This document shows positions 35,752 through 46,870 of a DNA stretch of 64,000 nt, in pieces. Each line of letters starts with the position of its first letter. Within the stretch, counting starts at the first letter, position 1. This DNA comes from an uncultured Alphaproteobacteria bacterium (lineage in GTDB: Bacteria; Pseudomonadota; Alphaproteobacteria; HIMB59; GCA-002718135). The notes under the pieces were generated by a model. It did not search any database, was not told the DNA's origin, and saw only the letters and a list, made by a program, of their open reading frames with translations. A program made the translations under genes and the position numbers. The DNA lies in contig CACIED010000005.1 in assembly GCA_902585605.1 (NCBI GenBank), forward strand, positions 586-64,585, given 5' to 3'.

Positions 35752-38118
35752 ATGGTAAAAAATTTACTTCCTGTTCTTCCTCTAAGAGATATAGTTGTAT
35801 TTCCAAACATGGTAGCTCCGTTATTTGTTGGTAGACAACAATCAGTAAATGCTCTTAATCATGTAATGACAAATGATAAAAAAATTTTTTTACTTTCTCA
35901 AAAGAATTCAAAAGTTGACAATCCTGATAAAGAAAACCTATATTCTTTTGGCACTGTTGCAAAAGTTATTCAGTTATTAAAACTTCCAGATGGTACTCTT
36001 AAGGTTTTGGTTGAAGGAATACAAAGAGCAAAAGTAAATAAAATTAATTTTAATAAAGAATTTATCACTGCATCTATTATTGAAATCAACAATAAAACTA
36101 AAAAGAATACAAACATACGAGCTTTACAAAAACTTATTATTGAGCAGTTTGTTGAGTTTCAAAAAATTAACAAAAAAGTTTCCTTGGATGTAATTAACAA
36201 TGTCAAAGCAATAAATGATCCTGATAAAATTGTTGATATTATTGCATCGAATATATCAATTTCATTATCTCAAAAACAAGAAATTTTAGAAATTATTAAA
36301 ACAGAAGAAAGACTTAACAAAGTCTATGGTTATTTGGTTTCAGAAATTGATTCCTTTCAAGTTGAGAAAAAAATAAAAGGTCGAGTAAAGAGACAAATGG
36401 AAAAAACACAGAAAGAATATTATTTAAATGAACAAATGAAAGCAATTCAAAAAGAATTAGGGGATAATGAAGATTTGGATGAAATTGCTGAGCTTGAGAA
36501 AAAATTAAATCAATACAATTTGTCTAAAGAAGCTAAAGAGAAATGTACCTCAGAAATTAAAAAATTAAAAAATATGAGTCCTATGTCAGCTGAGGCAACT
36601 GTAATTAGAAACTATCTAGATTGGGTAATGTCAATACCATGGAATAACCCAAATCAAATTTCTAAAAACATTAATAAAGCATCTTCAATATTAGAGAATG
36701 ATCACTATGGACTAATCAAGGTTAAGGAGAGAATTCTTGAATATTTAGCAGTTCAAAAAAGAACCGATAAACTCAAAGGTCCTATATTGTGTTTAGTTGG
36801 TCCCCCTGGTGTTGGAAAGACATCTCTTGGTAAATCCATTGCGAATTCAACAGGAAGAAGTTTTGTTAGAATGTCCTTAGGAGGTGTAAGGGATGAAGCT
36901 GAAATAAGAGGCCATAGAAAAACCTATATCGGTTCAATGCCTGGAAGATTTATTCAAGCAATGAAAAAGTCAAAATCTTCTAATCCACTTATATTACTTG
37001 ATGAAATTGATAAACTTGGATCTGATTGGAGAGGAGATCCATCTTCTGCACTTTTAGAAGTCCTTGATCCTGAACAAAATAGTAAATTTAATGATCATTA
37101 CTTGGAACTTGACTATGATCTTTCTGATGTAATGTTTGTTTGCACAGCTAATACACTTAACATACCACCAGCTCTTCTTGATAGAATGGAAGTTATAAGA
37201 ATTCCTGGGTATACTGAAAAAGAAAAAAATCAAATTGCAAAAAGATATTTAGTTCCTAAACAAATTAAAAATCATGGAATAAAAAAATCTGAAGTTTTTT
37301 TTAGTTCAAAAGTTTTAAACTCTATTATTAGAAATTATACCAGAGAGGCTGGAGTAAGAAATCTTGAAAAAGAAATCTCTAAAGTTTGTAGAAAAGCTGT
37401 AAAAAAATTAGAAACTACTAAAATGAAAAAAATAAACCTAAATGATAAATCTTTACAAGATCTCCTTGGTATTGCAAAATTTAGATCAAGTGAAATTGAA
37501 AAAAAGAATTTGGTCGGCGTCACTAATGGTTTGGCTTGGACTGAGGTAGGAGGAGAAATTCTATCAGTCGAGGTAATTTTATCTATAGGCAAAGGAAAAC
37601 TAACAATAACAGGTAAATTAGGTGAAGTGATGAAAGAATCAATTCAAGCTGCTACTTCATACGTTAAATCAAAATCGTTAAGTTTAGGAATAAACCCCAA
37701 AGATTTTGAAAACTATGACATTCACATTCATGTTCCTGAGGGAGCTACACCAAAAGATGGTCCAAGTGCAGGCATAGCAATTTTTAATTCTCTAGTTTCT
37801 TCACTTACAAATAATAAAATTAGAAAAGATGTTGCAATGACTGGGGAAATCACCCTTAGAGGCAGAGTACTTCCAATTGGAGGTTTAAAAGAAAAAATAT
37901 ATGCAGCTAGTAGAGCTGGTATAAAAAAAGTCCTTATACCGCTTGAAAATTTTAGAGAAGTTTCTGAGTTTGATAAAGATCTAATAAAAGGAATAAAAAT
38001 TATTCCTGTTTCTGAAGCTTTTTCAATTCTTGAGCACACTTTAACAAAATCAATAATTCCACTAAATTTAAGCGAATCTCAGCTAAAAAACTCTCAAAAT
38101 ACAAGCAGCACTCATTAA
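35752..38118 (+). CDS. lon: Lon protease
   Basis: 788 aa; LPVLPLRD.VVFP, GPPGVGKTS, catalytic PKDGPSAG. Confidence 0.95.
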   Translation: MVKNLLPVLPLRDIVVFPNMVAPLFVGRQQSVNALNHVMTNDKKIFLLSQKNSKVDNPDKENLYSFGTVAKVIQLLKLPDGTLKVLVEGIQRAKVNKINFNKEFITASIIEINNKTKKNTNIRALQKLIIEQFVEFQKINKKVSLDVINNVKAINDPDKIVDIIASNISISLSQKQEILEIIKTEERLNKVYGYLVSEIDSFQVEKKIKGRVKRQMEKTQKEYYLNEQMKAIQKELGDNEDLDEIAELEKKLNQYNLSKEAKEKCTSEIKKLKNMSPMSAEATVIRNYLDWVMSIPWNNPNQISKNINKASSILENDHYGLIKVKERILEYLAVQKRTDKLKGPILCLVGPPGVGKTSLGKSIANSTGRSFVRMSLGGVRDEAEIRGHRKTYIGSMPGRFIQAMKKSKSSNPLILLDEIDKLGSDWRGDPSSALLEVLDPEQNSKFNDHYLELDYDLSDVMFVCTANTLNIPPALLDRMEVIRIPGYTEKEKNQIAKRYLVPKQIKNHGIKKSEVFFSSKVLNSIIRNYTREAGVRNLEKEISKVCRKAVKKLETTKMKKINLNDKSLQDLLGIAKFRSSEIEKKNLVGVTNGLAWTEVGGEILSVEVILSIGKGKLTITGKLGEVMKESIQAATSYVKSKSLSLGINPKDFENYDIHIHVPEGATPKDGPSAGIAIFNSLVSSLTNNKIRKDVAMTGEITLRGRVLPIGGLKEKIYAASRAGIKKVLIPLENFREVSEFDKDLIKGIKIIPVSEAFSILEHTLTKSIIPLNLSESQLKNSQNTSSTH

Positions 38119-38254
38119 TTTTCGACTATAAATAACTTAGTTATTAAGCCGTTTTATTGATAAATTCCCTCTTTTCTGGGAAAATTTAAATAATAATATT
38201 GACTTGTTTGAAAAACAGACAATTATTGACCAAATTTATTAAAGGAGATTAAAA

Positions 38255-38530
38255 GTGAACAAAAATGATCTTATCGCTTCTGTAGCATCTTCCGCTGGAC
38301 TATCAAAATCGGATGCAACTAGAGCAATTGAAAGCTTTCTAGATGCAATTACTAATTCTTTAAAGAGAGATGAAAAGGTTAGTATTGTTGGATTTGGTAA
38401 TTTTAGCGTTAGCCATAGAAAAGCAACTACCGGTAGAAACCCTAGAACAGGTGAATCAATTCAAATCCCTGCATCTAAAAGACCTAAATTTACTGTAGGA
38501 AAAGCTTTAAAAGACTCAGTAAACAATTAA
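38255..38530 (+). CDS. hup: DNA-binding protein HU
   Basis: 91 aa; MNKNDLI, GFGNF, RNPRTGE.I.IPA. GTG start preceded by AAAGGAG. Confidence 0.9.
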   Translation: MNKNDLIASVASSAGLSKSDATRAIESFLDAITNSLKRDEKVSIVGFGNFSVSHRKATTGRNPRTGESIQIPASKRPKFTVGKALKDSVNN

Positions 38531-38549
38531 TTATCTTTTTTTCTTGCAC

Positions 38550-38584
38550 CGGCTGTTAAATAAATTTAACAGCCGCTTTTATTT
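38550..38584 (+). terminator. Intrinsic terminator after hup
   Basis: Perfect 26-nt palindrome CGGCTGTTAAAT-AA-ATTTAACAGCCG followed by CTTTTATTT. It ends directly at the first base of tRNA-Val. Confidence 0.65.
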
Positions 38585-38660
38585 GGGTGTTTAGCTCAGT
38601 TGGTAGAGCATCTCGTTTACACCGAGAGGGCCGGGAGTTCAAGTCTCTCAACACCCACCA
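38585..38660 (+). tRNA. tRNA-Val (TAC)
   Basis: Acceptor GGGTGTT/AACACCC, anticodon loop TTTACAC, T-loop TTCAAGT, encoded CCA. Confidence 0.95.
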
Positions 38661-38663
38661 TGC

Positions 38664-38740
38664 GCGGGAGTAGTTCAGCTGGTTAGAACGCTGCCCTGTC
38701 ACGGCAGAGGCCGCGGGTTCGAATCCCGTCTCTCGCGCCA
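38664..38740 (+). tRNA. tRNA-Asp (GTC)
   Basis: Acceptor GCGGGAG/CTCTCGC, anticodon loop CTGTCAC, T-loop TTCGAAT, encoded CCA. Lies 3 nt after tRNA-Val. Confidence 0.95.
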
Positions 38741-38838
38741 TTCATTTCTGTTTTTTTGTGTACTAAAGTCGCAACGAGACACGTTGTTATTGTTGAATAA
38801 ATCGTTAAATACATTACTAATTTAATTGTGAGATTATA

Positions 38839-39204
38839 GTGTCTGAGTTTCTATTTGAATATTTGCCTATTTTGATTTTTATTTTTATTGCTCTAGCATT
38901 AGCTATTGGCATGACATTACTATCTTTTGTAGTGGGAGACTCCCAACCAGATAAAGAAAAACTATCAGCTTATGAATGCGGGTTTGAAGCTTTTGATGAT
39001 GCTCGCGGAAGATTTGATGTAAGATTTTATTTAGTAGCAATTCTTTTTATAATTTTTGATTTAGAGGTTGCCTTTTTATTTCCTTGGGCAATAACATTAG
39101 GCAAAATTGGATTATTTGGCTTTTGGTCGATGATGATATTTTTAACAGTTTTAACAATTGGTTTTATTTATGAATGGAAAAAAGGAGCTTTAGAATGGGA
39201 GTAG
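38839..39204 (+). CDS. nuoA: NADH-quinone oxidoreductase subunit A
   Basis: 121 aa, 3 TM; YECGF, FDLE..FLFPW. GTG start. Confidence 0.9.
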   Translation: MSEFLFEYLPILIFIFIALALAIGMTLLSFVVGDSQPDKEKLSAYECGFEAFDDARGRFDVRFYLVAILFIIFDLEVAFLFPWAITLGKIGLFGFWSMMIFLTVLTIGFIYEWKKGALEWE

Positions 39205-39707
39205 ATGAAGCTAAAAAATATGTTGATGATACTTTAAGCACAGAACTTTCTTCTAAGGGTTTCTTAGTCGCCAGTTATGACAAAATACTAACTTGGGCTA
39301 GAACAGGTTCTTTATGGCCTATGACTTTTGGATTGGCATGTTGTGGAGTTGAAATGATACATTCTTACATGGCAAGATATGATCTAGATCGTTATGGAGT
39401 TATACCAAGAGGTAGCCCCAGACAATCTGATGTAATGATTGTTGCTGGTACACTAACAAATAAAATGGCACCAGCTTTAAGAAAAGTTTATGATCAAATG
39501 CCTGAACCAAGATGGGTTATATCAATGGGCTCATGTGCAAATGGTGGTGGATATTATCACTATTCATATTCAGTAGTAAGAGGTTGCGATAGAATAGTTC
39601 CCGTTGATGTTTACGTACCAGGATGCCCCCCAACAGCAGAAGCATTAGTTTACGGTATATTGCAATTACAGAAAAAAATTAGAAGAGAAAATAAATTTAA
39701 AAGATAA
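39195..39707 (+). CDS. nuoB: NADH-quinone oxidoreductase subunit B
   Basis: [20 protein letters not shown]. The ATG at 39195 is preceded by AAAGGAG. The track's start at 39174 lies inside nuoA. Confidence 0.9.
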   Translation: MGVDEAKKYVDDTLSTELSSKGFLVASYDKILTWARTGSLWPMTFGLACCGVEMIHSYMARYDLDRYGVIPRGSPRQSDVMIVAGTLTNKMAPALRKVYDQMPEPRWVISMGSCANGGGYYHYSYSVVRGCDRIVPVDVYVPGCPPTAEALVYGILQLQKKIRRENKFKR

Positions 39708-39712
39708 TTTAT

Positions 39713-40294
39713 ATGATTAAATTTCTTACTAAAATAGATGGCATAAATAATATTTTAGAGAATAATAATTTGTTAGAAATAGAATTTGAAAAAAATAATA
39801 TTATAAAAATTTTTAACGAATTAAGAGATAATATTGAGCTTAATTTCAATCAATTATTAGATATTACAGCTGTAGACTATCCTTCAAGAGAATTTAGATT
39901 TGATTTGATTTATATTTTGCAAAGTTTAACTAAAAATAAAAAAATTATTTTAAAAACTTTTATTAAAGAAAATGAAAACATAGAATCAATTACCAATATT
40001 CACAAATCTGCGGATTGGTATGAAAGAGAATGTTATGATTTATTTGGAATTGAATTTATTAACCATCCTGATTTAAGAAGGATAATGACGGATTACAATT
40101 TTGAAGGTTATCCGTTGCGCAAAGATTTTCCTTTAACAGGACATACAGAAGTTCGTTACGATGACCTTGAAAAAAAAGTAATATATGAGCCTGTTAAGTT
40201 AACTCAAGAATTTAGAAATTTCGATAGTGAATCTCCTTGGGAAGGAATGGAAAACAAACTTTTTGGTGATGAGAAATCTAGTGGTGAAAATTAA
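39713..40294 (+). CDS. nuoC: NADH-quinone oxidoreductase subunit C
   Basis: 193 aa; W.ERE..D.FGI.F..HPDLRR, PLRKDFPL. Confidence 0.9.
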   Translation: MIKFLTKIDGINNILENNNLLEIEFEKNNIIKIFNELRDNIELNFNQLLDITAVDYPSREFRFDLIYILQSLTKNKKIILKTFIKENENIESITNIHKSADWYERECYDLFGIEFINHPDLRRIMTDYNFEGYPLRKDFPLTGHTEVRYDDLEKKVIYEPVKLTQEFRNFDSESPWEGMENKLFGDEKSSGEN

Positions 40295-41473
40295 ATGAAA
40301 GAAGTAGAGCTTAATACAACTACAATTAACTTTGGCCCTCAACATCCAGCTGCGCATGGTGTTTTACGTCTAGTAGTTGAGCTTGAAGGTGAAGTAGTTC
40401 AAAGAGCAGAACCACACATCGGATTGTTACATAGGGGGACAGAAAAATTAATTGAATATAAAACTTATCTTCAGGCTGTCCCTTATTTTGATAGACTTGA
40501 TTACGTTTCACCAATGTGTCAAGAACATGCTTTTGCATTGGCAACCGAAAATCTCCTAGGTATCAATGTTCCTGAAAGAGCTAAATATATTCGGGTTATT
40601 TTTGCAGAAATTACTAGAATACTAAACCATTTATTAAATATACCTGCCTATGCTGCTGACATTGGTGCAGTGACACCTTTTTTATGGTGTTTTGAAGAAA
40701 GGGAAAAGCTTTTGGAGTTTCATGAAGCCGTATCTGGGGCAAGATTTCATGCAGCCTATTTTAGACCTGGCGGCGTTCATCAGGATATGCCAGAAGGAAT
40801 GGAAGTAAAATTATTTGAACATTTTAAAACTCTTCCAAAATTTATTGATGATCTTGAAAGCTTGCTTACTAATAACAGAATTTTAAGACAAAGATCAGTT
40901 GATATAGGAATAATTTCAAAGTCTGAAGCAATTGAATGGGGGTGTTCTGGTCCCGTATTAAGAAGTGCAGGTGTAGCATGGGATTTAAGAAGATCTCAAC
41001 CGTATGACGCCTATGATCAAGTTGATTTTGAAGTTCCTGTTGGAAAAAAGGGTGATTGTTTTGATCGATATTTGGTTCGCATAGAGGAAATGAGACAAAG
41101 CATTAGTATTATTAACCAATGTTTAAATAAAATCAAACCAGGTCCAATATCAATTGAGGATAATAAAATTACACCTCCTAAAAGAAATCAAATGAAAAAA
41201 TCAATGGAAGCTTTAATTCATCATTTTAAACTTTTCACTGAAGGTTACCGTGTTCCCGCTGGTCAAGTTTATAGTGCAGTAGAAGCTCCAAAGGGTGAAT
41301 TTGGCGTTTACCTTGTCTCTGATGGATCTAGTAAACCATATAGATGTAAAATAAGAGCACCAGGTTTTGCACACCTTCAAACATTGGATCATTTATCTAA
41401 AGGTCACTTAATGGCTGACATAGCCGCTATACTAGGTAGCTTAGATATTGTTTTTGGAGAGATAGATAGATAA
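40295..41473 (+). CDS. nuoD: NADH-quinone oxidoreductase subunit D
   Basis: 392 aa; [28 protein letters not shown]-terminal DIVFGEIDR. Confidence 0.95.
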   Translation: MKEVELNTTTINFGPQHPAAHGVLRLVVELEGEVVQRAEPHIGLLHRGTEKLIEYKTYLQAVPYFDRLDYVSPMCQEHAFALATENLLGINVPERAKYIRVIFAEITRILNHLLNIPAYAADIGAVTPFLWCFEEREKLLEFHEAVSGARFHAAYFRPGGVHQDMPEGMEVKLFEHFKTLPKFIDDLESLLTNNRILRQRSVDIGIISKSEAIEWGCSGPVLRSAGVAWDLRRSQPYDAYDQVDFEVPVGKKGDCFDRYLVRIEEMRQSISIINQCLNKIKPGPISIEDNKITPPKRNQMKKSMEALIHHFKLFTEGYRVPAGQVYSAVEAPKGEFGVYLVSDGSSKPYRCKIRAPGFAHLQTLDHLSKGHLMADIAAILGSLDIVFGEIDR

Positions 41474-42072
41474 TGCATCATCCTGGTACAAATAATAAAG
41501 TATATAAAAAAATTAATGATAATTTTGAATGGTCATCAGAAAATTTTAAAAAAATTTCTGAAATAATTAAAAAATATCCATCAAACCGTATTCAAAGCGC
41601 AGTTATTCCTTTACTTGATTTAGCACAAAGACAAAATAATGGATGGCTAAGTAAAAACTCAATGGAAAAAGTAGCTGAAACTCTAAGTATGTCTTATATA
41701 AGAGTGTTGGAAGTTGCCACTTTTTATTCCATGTTTAATTTAGAACCTATTGGTAAAAATTTTGTACAAATTTGTAGAACGACACCTTGTTGGTTAAGAG
41801 GGAGTGATAAACTGTCAAAAGTTGCACAAGAAGTTTGCGAAACTAATATTGGCGAGACAAGTGATAATGAAATATTTACAGTTGTTGAAGTTGAATGCTT
41901 AGGTGCATGTTGCAATGCTCCTATGGTCCAGATCAATGATGATTATTATGAAGATTTAGATGAAGAGAGTTTTAAAAAAATACTTCAAGATTTAAAAGAT
42001 AATAAATCAATAAAAGTAGGTTCACAAATTGGTAGAAAATCATCACAACCTGAAAGAAAATTTGATGCTTAA
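41473..42072 (+). CDS. nuoE: NADH-quinone oxidoreductase subunit E
   Basis: 2Fe-2S ligand context C..TPC, ECLGAC..AP. Confidence 0.9.
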   Translation: MHHPGTNNKVYKKINDNFEWSSENFKKISEIIKKYPSNRIQSAVIPLLDLAQRQNNGWLSKNSMEKVAETLSMSYIRVLEVATFYSMFNLEPIGKNFVQICRTTPCWLRGSDKLSKVAQEVCETNIGETSDNEIFTVVEVECLGACCNAPMVQINDDYYEDLDEESFKKILQDLKDNKSIKVGSQIGRKSSQPERKFDA

Positions 42073-43339
42073 AGAAAAAGATAAAATTTTTAAAAATTTA
42101 TACGGTTTTGATGATTGGAAATTAGAAGGTGCCAAAAAAAGAGGTATTTGGTCAAATACTAAAGAACTTATTAAAATGGGTAGTGAAAAAATTGTTGAGG
42201 AAATTAAAAATAGTCAATTAAGAGGAAGGGGAGGAGCAGGTTTCCCTGCGGGACTTAAGTGGTCATTTATGCCAAAAGACTCTGGAAAAGATCATTACCT
42301 AGTTGTTAATGCAGATGAGTCAGAGCCAGGCACATGTAAAGATCGAGAGATTATGAGAAACGACCCACATCTTCTTTTAGAAGGTTGTTTAGTTGCTGCC
42401 TTTGCTATGCATGCACATACTTGTTATATATATATAAGGGGTGAATATTATTCTGAATCTTCTAATTTACAAAAAGCAATAGATGAAGCCTACGCAAATA
42501 ATTTAATTGGTAAAAATGCATGTGGTACAGGGTGGGATTTTGATATTTATCTTCATAGAGGAGCAGGAGCATATATTTGTGGTGAAGAAACTGCTTTACT
42601 TGAAAGTTTAGAGGGTAAAAAAGGCCAACCTCGATTAAAACCTCCGTTTCCCGCTGGTGCAGGTTTATATGGATGCCCAACAACAGTTACAAATGTTGAA
42701 ACAGTTGCCGTTTCACCAACTATTTTAAGACGTGGTTCAAAATGGTTCGCTGATTTAGGAAGTGCCAACAATACAGGTACAAAAATTTTTAGTATTTCAG
42801 GACACGTTAATAATCCATGCAATGTAGAAGAGGAAATGGGGATACCATTAAAAGAACTGATTGAAAAACATGCAGGTGGTGTAATTGGTGGTTGGGAAAA
42901 TTTATTAGCTGTAATTCCTGGAGGTGCAAGTGTGCCTTTATTACCTAAGTCTATTTGCGATACTGTTAAAATGGATTTTGATAGCCTAAAAGAAGTTCAA
43001 AGTGGATTAGGAACTGCTGCTGTTATTGTAATGAATAAATCAACAGATATTGTTGAAGCGATAGCTAGATTATCACATTTTTATAAACATGAAAGCTGCG
43101 GTCAATGTACACCTTGCAGAGAAGGTACTGGATGGATGTACAGAATGATGGAAAAAATGGTTCATGGAAATGTTGAACATCAAGATATTGATAAAATTTT
43201 AGATGTGACTAAGCAAATTGAAGGTCATACTATTTGTGCCTTAGGTGATGCTGCTGCTTGGCCTATTCAAGGTTTGTTTAGACACTTTAGACCTGAAATT
43301 GAAAAAAGAATTCAAGAAAGAAATAAAAGAGTAGCCTAG
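42065..43339 (+). CDS. nuoF: NADH-quinone oxidoreductase subunit F
   Basis: [26 protein letters not shown]. The ATG at 42065 (MLKEKDKIF) overlaps the nuoE stop codon. The track's start at 42029 is an extension inside nuoE. Confidence 0.9.
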   Translation: MLKEKDKIFKNLYGFDDWKLEGAKKRGIWSNTKELIKMGSEKIVEEIKNSQLRGRGGAGFPAGLKWSFMPKDSGKDHYLVVNADESEPGTCKDREIMRNDPHLLLEGCLVAAFAMHAHTCYIYIRGEYYSESSNLQKAIDEAYANNLIGKNACGTGWDFDIYLHRGAGAYICGEETALLESLEGKKGQPRLKPPFPAGAGLYGCPTTVTNVETVAVSPTILRRGSKWFADLGSANNTGTKIFSISGHVNNPCNVEEEMGIPLKELIEKHAGGVIGGWENLLAVIPGGASVPLLPKSICDTVKMDFDSLKEVQSGLGTAAVIVMNKSTDIVEAIARLSHFYKHESCGQCTPCREGTGWMYRMMEKMVHGNVEHQDIDKILDVTKQIEGHTICALGDAAAWPIQGLFRHFRPEIEKRIQERNKRVA

Positions 43340-45378
43340 TGCCAAAGATAACTATTGATAATAAAGAATACGAATTTGAAAACGGCATGACCGTAATGCA
43401 AGCTTGTGAACAAGCAGGAACTGAAATTCCAAGATTTTGTTATCATGAAAAACTCTCAATAGCAGGAAACTGTAGAATGTGTTTAGTAGAAATGGAAAAA
43501 GCTCCAAAACCTATTGCATCATGTGCCATGCCAGCTGCAGATGGAATGGTTATAAAAACAAAAACAGAAACAGTTAAAAAAGCTCGAAAAGGTGTAATGG
43601 AGTTTCTTCTCATTAATCATCCATTGGATTGCCCTATTTGTGATCAAGGAGGAGAATGTGATCTTCAAGATCAAGCGATGTATTATGGTTTTGATAAAAC
43701 TAGATATGAAGAAAACAAAAGAGCAGTTCAAAATAAAAATATGGGACCACTTGTCAAAACAATTATGACAAGATGTATACATTGTACAAGATGCGTAAGG
43801 TTTTCTACAGAAGTTGCGGGTGTTGATGATATAGGATTACTTGGCAGAGGTGAAAATGCTGAGATCACGACGTACTTAGAAAAAACTATTGAGTCAGAAT
43901 TATCTGGAAATGTAATTGATTTATGCCCCGTAGGTGCTTTAACAAGCAAACCATATGCATTTAAATCTAGACCATGGGAGTTAACCAAGACAGAAACATT
44001 TGATGTGTTTGATGGTATAGGTTCAAGTATAAGGATTGATACAAGAGGAAAAAAAGTTTTAAGAGCTCTTCCTAGAATAAATGAAGAAACCAATGAAGAA
44101 TGGATAAGCGATAAATCTAGATTTGCAGTTGATGGACTCTCAAGTCAAAGATTGGATAATGTATATTCTAAATCAAATAATAAACTCCAAAAATCTTCAT
44201 GGGATAATGCATTTGAATTAATAAAAAAAGAAATTACAAAAAGACGTAAAGAAAATACTGTATTCCTATCTGGTAAGTTTACCGATATTGAAACTTTATA
44301 TTCCGCACAAAAATTTAGCAATTCACTAAAATCAAAAAACTATGATTGTAGATTTGATAATACACAAATTATCGATAATTCATCTTCAAGTTATAAATTT
44401 AATTCAACAATTCAAGAAATTGAAAAGGCTGATGCTATTCTTTTAATCGGATCAAACCCTAGATGGGAAGCAGCGGTACTAAACGCTAGAATTAGAAAGG
44501 CATATATTGAAAATAACTGCAAAATTGGCCTTATAGGTCCTAAATTAGATCTTACTTACGATTATCATCATTTATCTGATTCTTTAGATTACCTTAATAA
44601 ATTATCTAATAATAAATCTGAATTCAATAAAGTTTTAAAATCTGCAAAAAACCCACTTATAATATTAGGTACTTCAGCAATAAATAATGATCATGGAAAA
44701 AAAATATTAGAAACTGCAGGATTAATTGCGAAAAAAATTCAAAAAAATAAAAATATAAATCCATTAAATATTCTTAACCAAGATATTTCTAGAGTAGGAG
44801 CATTAGATTTGAAATTTTATAATAAAAAATTTGATAATGATTACAATAAACAATTAAAAAAACATATTGATAAAACAAAGCCTGTAGTTTTCTTAATGGG
44901 GTTAGATGAGATAAATTTTTCAACATTTGAAAATGCTTTTGTTGTTTATCTTGGTCATCATGGAGATGTTTCAGCATCTATAGCTGATATAATTTTACCA
45001 ACCCCTGCATATACTGAGAAAAGTTCTACTTATATGAATATAGAAGGTAGAGTTATTCAAACAACTAAGTGTCATAATCCAATAGGTGAAGCAAAAGAGG
45101 AGTGGAAAATTTTTAGAGTTTTAAGTGACTTATTTGAAAAAAATTTAAATTTCAATAATCTTGGGGAGCTTCGAAATGAGCTTACAAGTACCTATGGTCA
45201 ATTTGCTCTCTTAAATGAAGTTAATTCTATTGGCGAAATAACTTTTGCTAAAAATAATAAAATTGAGAATATTAAAATTAAATATAACATTGAAAATTTT
45301 TATATGAATGATTCTATTTCTAGATCTTCTGAAACAATGGCAAAATGCACTAAAGATATTTTAAATAAGGCAGCATAA
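43339..45378 (+). CDS. nuoG: NADH-quinone oxidoreductase subunit G
   Basis: 679 aa; Fe-S motifs CYHE..SIAGNCRMC, HPLDCPICDQGGEC, CIHCTRCVRF. Confidence 0.95.
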   Translation: MPKITIDNKEYEFENGMTVMQACEQAGTEIPRFCYHEKLSIAGNCRMCLVEMEKAPKPIASCAMPAADGMVIKTKTETVKKARKGVMEFLLINHPLDCPICDQGGECDLQDQAMYYGFDKTRYEENKRAVQNKNMGPLVKTIMTRCIHCTRCVRFSTEVAGVDDIGLLGRGENAEITTYLEKTIESELSGNVIDLCPVGALTSKPYAFKSRPWELTKTETFDVFDGIGSSIRIDTRGKKVLRALPRINEETNEEWISDKSRFAVDGLSSQRLDNVYSKSNNKLQKSSWDNAFELIKKEITKRRKENTVFLSGKFTDIETLYSAQKFSNSLKSKNYDCRFDNTQIIDNSSSSYKFNSTIQEIEKADAILLIGSNPRWEAAVLNARIRKAYIENNCKIGLIGPKLDLTYDYHHLSDSLDYLNKLSNNKSEFNKVLKSAKNPLIILGTSAINNDHGKKILETAGLIAKKIQKNKNINPLNILNQDISRVGALDLKFYNKKFDNDYNKQLKKHIDKTKPVVFLMGLDEINFSTFENAFVVYLGHHGDVSASIADIILPTPAYTEKSSTYMNIEGRVIQTTKCHNPIGEAKEEWKIFRVLSDLFEKNLNFNNLGELRNELTSTYGQFALLNEVNSIGEITFAKNNKIENIKIKYNIENFYMNDSISRSSETMAKCTKDILNKAA

Positions 45379-45385
45379 TAATTAG

Positions 45386-46387
45386 ATGACTTATGATATA
45401 TTAATTACAGGGTTAATAATCATTGCCCAAATACTTGCTGTTGTTGTGCCAGTTTTAATATCTGTAGCTTTTTTAGTTTATGCTGAAAGAAAAGTATTAG
45501 CATTAATTCAATTAAGAAGAGGTCCAAATATAGTAGGGCCTTTTGGTATATTACAAAGTTTTGCTGATGCATTAAAACTTATTACTAAAGAAAATATTAT
45601 ACCTAGTGGATCAAATAAAATTGTTTTTATTTTAGCACCCATAATAACAATGGTACTTAGCTTAGCAGGTTGGGCAGTAATACCTTTTGCTCCAGGATGG
45701 GTAGTCTCTGATATTAACGTAGGTATCATGTATCTCTTTGCAGTATCATCTCTTGGGGTATACGGAATAATAATGGCTGGATGGGCTAGTAACTCTCAAT
45801 ATCCTTTTCTAGGAGCATTAAGATCAGCTGCTCAAATGGTTTCATATGAAGTATCTATTGGATTTGTAATAATTACTGTATTATTATGTGTAGGTTCTTT
45901 AAATTTATCAAAGATAGTTTTAGCTCAGCAGACTGTATGGTTTGCAATTCCATTATTACCTATGTTCATTATTTTTTTTATTTCTGCGTTAGCTGAAACA
46001 AATAGATTACCTTTTGATCTTCCTGAAGATGAATCAACACTTGTTGCAGGATTTTTTACTGAATATTCATCTGCTTCATTTGTATTATTTTTTTTAGGTG
46101 AATACGCGAGTATGATTTTAATGTCTTCTATGACTGTCATTCTTTTTTTAGGCGGATGGCTTCCTCCATTTGATGTATACCCATTAAATGTTGTTCCTGG
46201 AGTAATCTGGTTTACTGTGAAAGTTATATTTATATTATTTTTATTTATTTGGGTTAGAGGAACTTTCCCAAGATATAGATATGATCAGTTAATGAGACTT
46301 GGATGGAAAGTTTTTTTACCGTTTTCTATGTTTTGGGTTGTGGCAACTTCTGGTTTTTTAGTATATTTTGACATGCTGCCAAATTAA
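45386..46387 (+). CDS. nuoH: NADH-quinone oxidoreductase subunit H
   Basis: 333 aa polytopic; AERK.LA..Q.R.GPN, ETNR.PFDL.E.ES. Confidence 0.95.
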   Translation: MTYDILITGLIIIAQILAVVVPVLISVAFLVYAERKVLALIQLRRGPNIVGPFGILQSFADALKLITKENIIPSGSNKIVFILAPIITMVLSLAGWAVIPFAPGWVVSDINVGIMYLFAVSSLGVYGIIMAGWASNSQYPFLGALRSAAQMVSYEVSIGFVIITVLLCVGSLNLSKIVLAQQTVWFAIPLLPMFIIFFISALAETNRLPFDLPEDESTLVAGFFTEYSSASFVLFFLGEYASMILMSSMTVILFLGGWLPPFDVYPLNVVPGVIWFTVKVIFILFLFIWVRGTFPRYRYDQLMRLGWKVFLPFSMFWVVATSGFLVYFDMLPN

Positions 46388-46388
46388 T

Positions 46389-46868
46389 ATGTATAAATTA
46401 ATTAAATCTTTTACTTTATTTGAATTATTTCAAGGACTATTTTTAACTTTCAAATACATATTTAAATCTAAAGTTACAATAAATTATCCTCACGAAAAAG
46501 GTCCATTAAGTCCACGTTTTAGAGGCGAGCATGCTTTGAGAAGATATCCAAGTGGGGAAGAGAGATGTATCGCATGTAAACTTTGTGAAGCAGTATGTCC
46601 TGCTCAGGCAATTACAATTGAAGCAGAGCCAAGAGAGGACGGAAGCAGAAGAACAACAAGATATGATATAGATATGACTAAATGTATTTACTGTGGTTTA
46701 TGTCAAGAATCTTGCCCAGTTGATGCGATAGTAGAAGGACCAAATTTTGAATTTGCCACTGAAACAAGAGAAGAATTAATTTATAATAAAGATAAACTTT
46801 TAGAAAATGGAGATAGATGGGAGCAAGAAATTGCTCAAAATATTCATCTCGATAGAAAATATAGATAA
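46389..46868 (+). CDS. nuoI: NADH-quinone oxidoreductase subunit I
   Basis: Two 4Fe-4S motifs: [12 protein letters not shown] and [12 protein letters not shown]. The ATG at 46389 is preferred over the track's start at 46368. Confidence 0.9.
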   Translation: MYKLIKSFTLFELFQGLFLTFKYIFKSKVTINYPHEKGPLSPRFRGEHALRRYPSGEERCIACKLCEAVCPAQAITIEAEPREDGSRRTTRYDIDMTKCIYCGLCQESCPVDAIVEGPNFEFATETREELIYNKDKLLENGDRWEQEIAQNIHLDRKYR

Positions 46869-46870
46869 GA

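Noticed and set aside
38119-38254. Palindrome AATAACT-T-AGTTATT and weak TTCCC/GGGAA hairpin between lon and hup.
   Set aside because: They are short and AT-rich. They are compatible with a weak lon terminator and the hup promoter (TTGACT/TTGACC hexamers) and are not distinctive enough to call.
38556-38741. 61-aa minus-strand ORF in the track.
   Set aside because: It lies entirely antisense to tRNA-Val and tRNA-Asp. Its GC-rich 'protein' is an artefact of translating tRNA genes.
38741-38838. Small hairpin CAACG-AGACA-CGTTG and T-run upstream of nuoA as a possible regulatory RNA.
   Set aside because: The stem is only 5 bp. It most likely serves as the tRNA-cluster terminator or is chance; there is nothing further to support a riboswitch.
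43519-44093. Two antisense ORFs (87 and 121 aa) inside nuoG. Similar antisense or shadow ORFs lie inside the mntX-like gene (15614-15964), lon (37335-38039), dnaE, nuoF, nuoH, glpK, parE, the aminotransferase, hisD and tig.
   Set aside because: All are embedded in confidently identified genes on the opposite strand or in another frame, have low-complexity composition and have no recognisable motifs. They are typical shadow ORFs.
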